From: Eledone cirrhosa
Lineage: Eukaryota
Length of the DNA stretch: 64,000 nucleotides
Assembly: GCA_964016885.1 (NCBI GenBank)
Contig: OZ024762.1
Span: 12,958,001 to 13,022,000 of the forward strand
Direction of reading: 5' to 3'
Positions 61,845 through 64,000 of this stretch are shown here, in pieces. The translations under genes and the position numbers were made by a program. Below the pieces are notes generated by a model. The model ran no database searches, was not told where the DNA came from, and worked only from the letters and a program-made list of their open reading frames with translations. Position 1 is the stretch's first letter; each line of letters opens with the position of its first letter.

Positions 61845-63435
61845 CGGGTGTGGTGTGGTGTGGTGTAGTGTAGTGTAGTGTAGTGTAGTGTAGTGTAGTG
61901 TAGTGTGGTGTGGTTTGGTGTGGTGTGGTGTGGTGTGGTGTGGTGTGGTGTGGTGTAGTGTAGTGTAGTGTAGTGTAGTGTGGTGTGGTGTAGTGTAGTG
62001 TAGTGTAGTGTAGTGTGGTGTAGTGTAGTGTGCTGTAGTGTAGTGTAGTGTAGTGTAGTATGGTGTAGTGTAGTGTAGTGTAGTGTAGTGTAGTGTAGTG
62101 TAGTGTAGTGTAGTGTAGTGCAGTGCAGTGCAGTGCAGTGCAGTGCAGTGCGGTGTGGTGTGGTGTAGTGTAGTGTAGTGTAGTGTAGTGTAGTGTAGTG
62201 TAGTGTAGTGTAGTGTAGTGTGGTGTAGTGTGGTGTAGTGTAGTGTAGTGTAGTGTAGTATAGTATAGTATAGTATAGTATAGTGTAGTGTAGTGTAGTG
62301 TAGTGTAGTGTAGTGTAGTGTAGTGTGGTGAGGTGTGGTGTGGAGTGGTGTGTGGTGTAGTGTGGTGTGGTGTAGTGTAGTATAGTATAGTATAGTATAG
62401 TATAGTGTAGTGTAGTGTAGTGTAGTGTGGTGAGGTGTGGTGTGGAGTGGTGTGGTGTAGTGTGGTGTAGTGTGGTTTGGTGTGGTGTGGAGTAGTGTGG
62501 TGTAGTGTGGTGTAGTGTAGTGTGGTCTGGTGTAGTGTAGTGTAGTGTGGTGTAGTGTAGTGTAGTGTAGTGTAGTGTGGTGTGGTGTAGTGTAGTGTAG
62601 GGTAGTGTAGTTTGGTGTGGTGTGGAGTGGCGTGGTGTGGTGTGGTGTGGTGTAGTGTGGTGTAGTGTGGTGTGGTGTAGTGTGGTGTGGTGTGGTGTAG
62701 TGTAGTGTGGTGTGGTGTAGTGTGGTGTGGTGTGGTGTAGTGTAGTGTGGTGTGGTATAGTGTGGTGTAGTGTGGTATGGTGTAGTGTGGTGGGGTGTGG
62801 TGTAGTGTAGTGTGATGTGGTGTGGTGTGATGTGGTGTAGTGTGTTGTGGAGTGTGGTATGGTGTGGTGTAGTGTGGTGTAGTGTGGTGTGGTGTGGTGT
62901 GGTGTAGTGTGGTGTGGTGTAGTGAGGTGTAGTGTGGTGTGGTGTAGTGTGGTGTGGTGTAGTGTGGTGTGGTGTGGTGTGCTGTGGTGTAGTGTGGTGT
63001 GGTGTAGTGTGGTGTGGTGTAGTGTGGTGTGGTATGGTGTAGTGTGGTGTAGTGTGGTGTTGTGTGGTGTGGTGTGGTGTAGTGTGGTGTAGTGTGGTGT
63101 GGTGTGGTGTGGTGTAGTGTGGTGTGGTGTGGTGTAGTGTGGTGTGGTGTGGTGTGGTGTAGTGTGGTGTGGTGTGGTGTAGTGTGGTGTGGTGTGGTGT
63201 GGTGTAGTGTGGTGTGGTGTGGTGTAGTGTGGTGTGGTGTAGTGTGGTGTTGTGTGGTGTGGTGTGGTGTAGTGTGGTGTGGTGTGGTGGGGTGTAGTGT
63301 AGTGTAGTGTGGTGTGGTGTAGTGTGGTGTGGTGTAGTGTGGTGTGGTGTAGTGTAGTGTGGTGTGGTGTAGTGTGGTGTGGTGTAGTGTGGTGTGGTGT
63401 GGTGTAGTGTGGTGTGGTGGGGTGTGGTGTGGTGT
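61845..63435. repeat. Pentamer satellite mixing TGGTG and TAGTG
   Basis: Direct reading; explains the 724-aa HHTT ORF. Confidence 0.95.
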
Positions 63436-64000
63436 GACATAGAAGAAGAAGAAGAAGAAGAAGAAGAAGAAGAAGAAGAAGAAGAAGAAGAGAGAAAGGA
63501 ATGAATTAAGATGTGGAAAAGTCCAGAAGCCCCGCCCTTAGGAGAGGGGTAGGGGTGACTGGATCGAAGGAAAAGACGTGTGTGTTGGTGTGTAGGTGTG
63601 TGTGTGTTGGTGTGTGTGTGTGTTAGTGTGTAGGTGTGTATGTTGGTGTGTGTGTGTGTAGGTGTGTGTGTGTTGGTGTGTGTTGGTGTGTGTGTAGGTG
63701 TGTGTGTGTTGGTGTATGTGTGTTGGTGTGTGTGTGTGTTGGTGTGTGTGTGTTGGTGTGTGTGTGTTGGTGTGTATGTGTAGGTGTGTGTGTGTTGGTG
63801 TGTGTGTGTGTGTTGGAGTGTGTGTTGGTGTGTGTGTGTGTGTTGGTGTGTGTGTGTAGGTGTGTAGGTGTGTGTGTCGGTGTGTGTGTGTTGGTATCTA
63901 TATACAGATACATGTTCACATACACCATATAACAATGATATATATATATATATACACACATACATACACACATATATATATCTATATATAAAACACACAC

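Noticed and set aside
61824-63998. 724-aa His/Thr-rich ORF
   Set aside because: Arises from the pentamer satellite and (CA)n, which lack stops in that frame.

Overview
Gene-poor, AT-rich eukaryotic DNA dominated by microsatellites and minisatellites: (TA)n blocks up to ~3.6 kb, plus (CA)n, (GA)n, (GGT/ACC)n, (GAT)n and a 1.6-kb pentamer satellite. Almost every ORF in the supplied track is a repeat artefact. The recurrent tRNA-derived SINE matches my recollection of octopus SINEs, so an octopod cephalopod source is likely (inference, not searched). Short unique islands between repeats contain many SINE copies (including a 157-bp SINE tandem array and a SINE split by a microsatellite), a CORE/Meta-domain-like SINE, the 3' end of an RTE (Rex3/Expander-like) LINE with internal tandem duplications, a decayed Penelope GIY-YIG fragment, a Tc1/mariner-like MITE and a tRNA-like foldback. 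The most striking signal is a dense set of short elements inserted in (TA)n tracts. They carry minimal type I hammerhead ribozymes (four largely intact, several decayed) and/or form foldback palindromes whose axis lies in or next to the ribozyme. Several otherwise unrelated families share an inward-facing RGYRCTC(A) motif near the (TA)n junction. Other islands are rich in YY1/PHO, ETS, NRF1 and CRE motifs. No confident protein-coding gene was found; one candidate first exon lies at 21460-21546.
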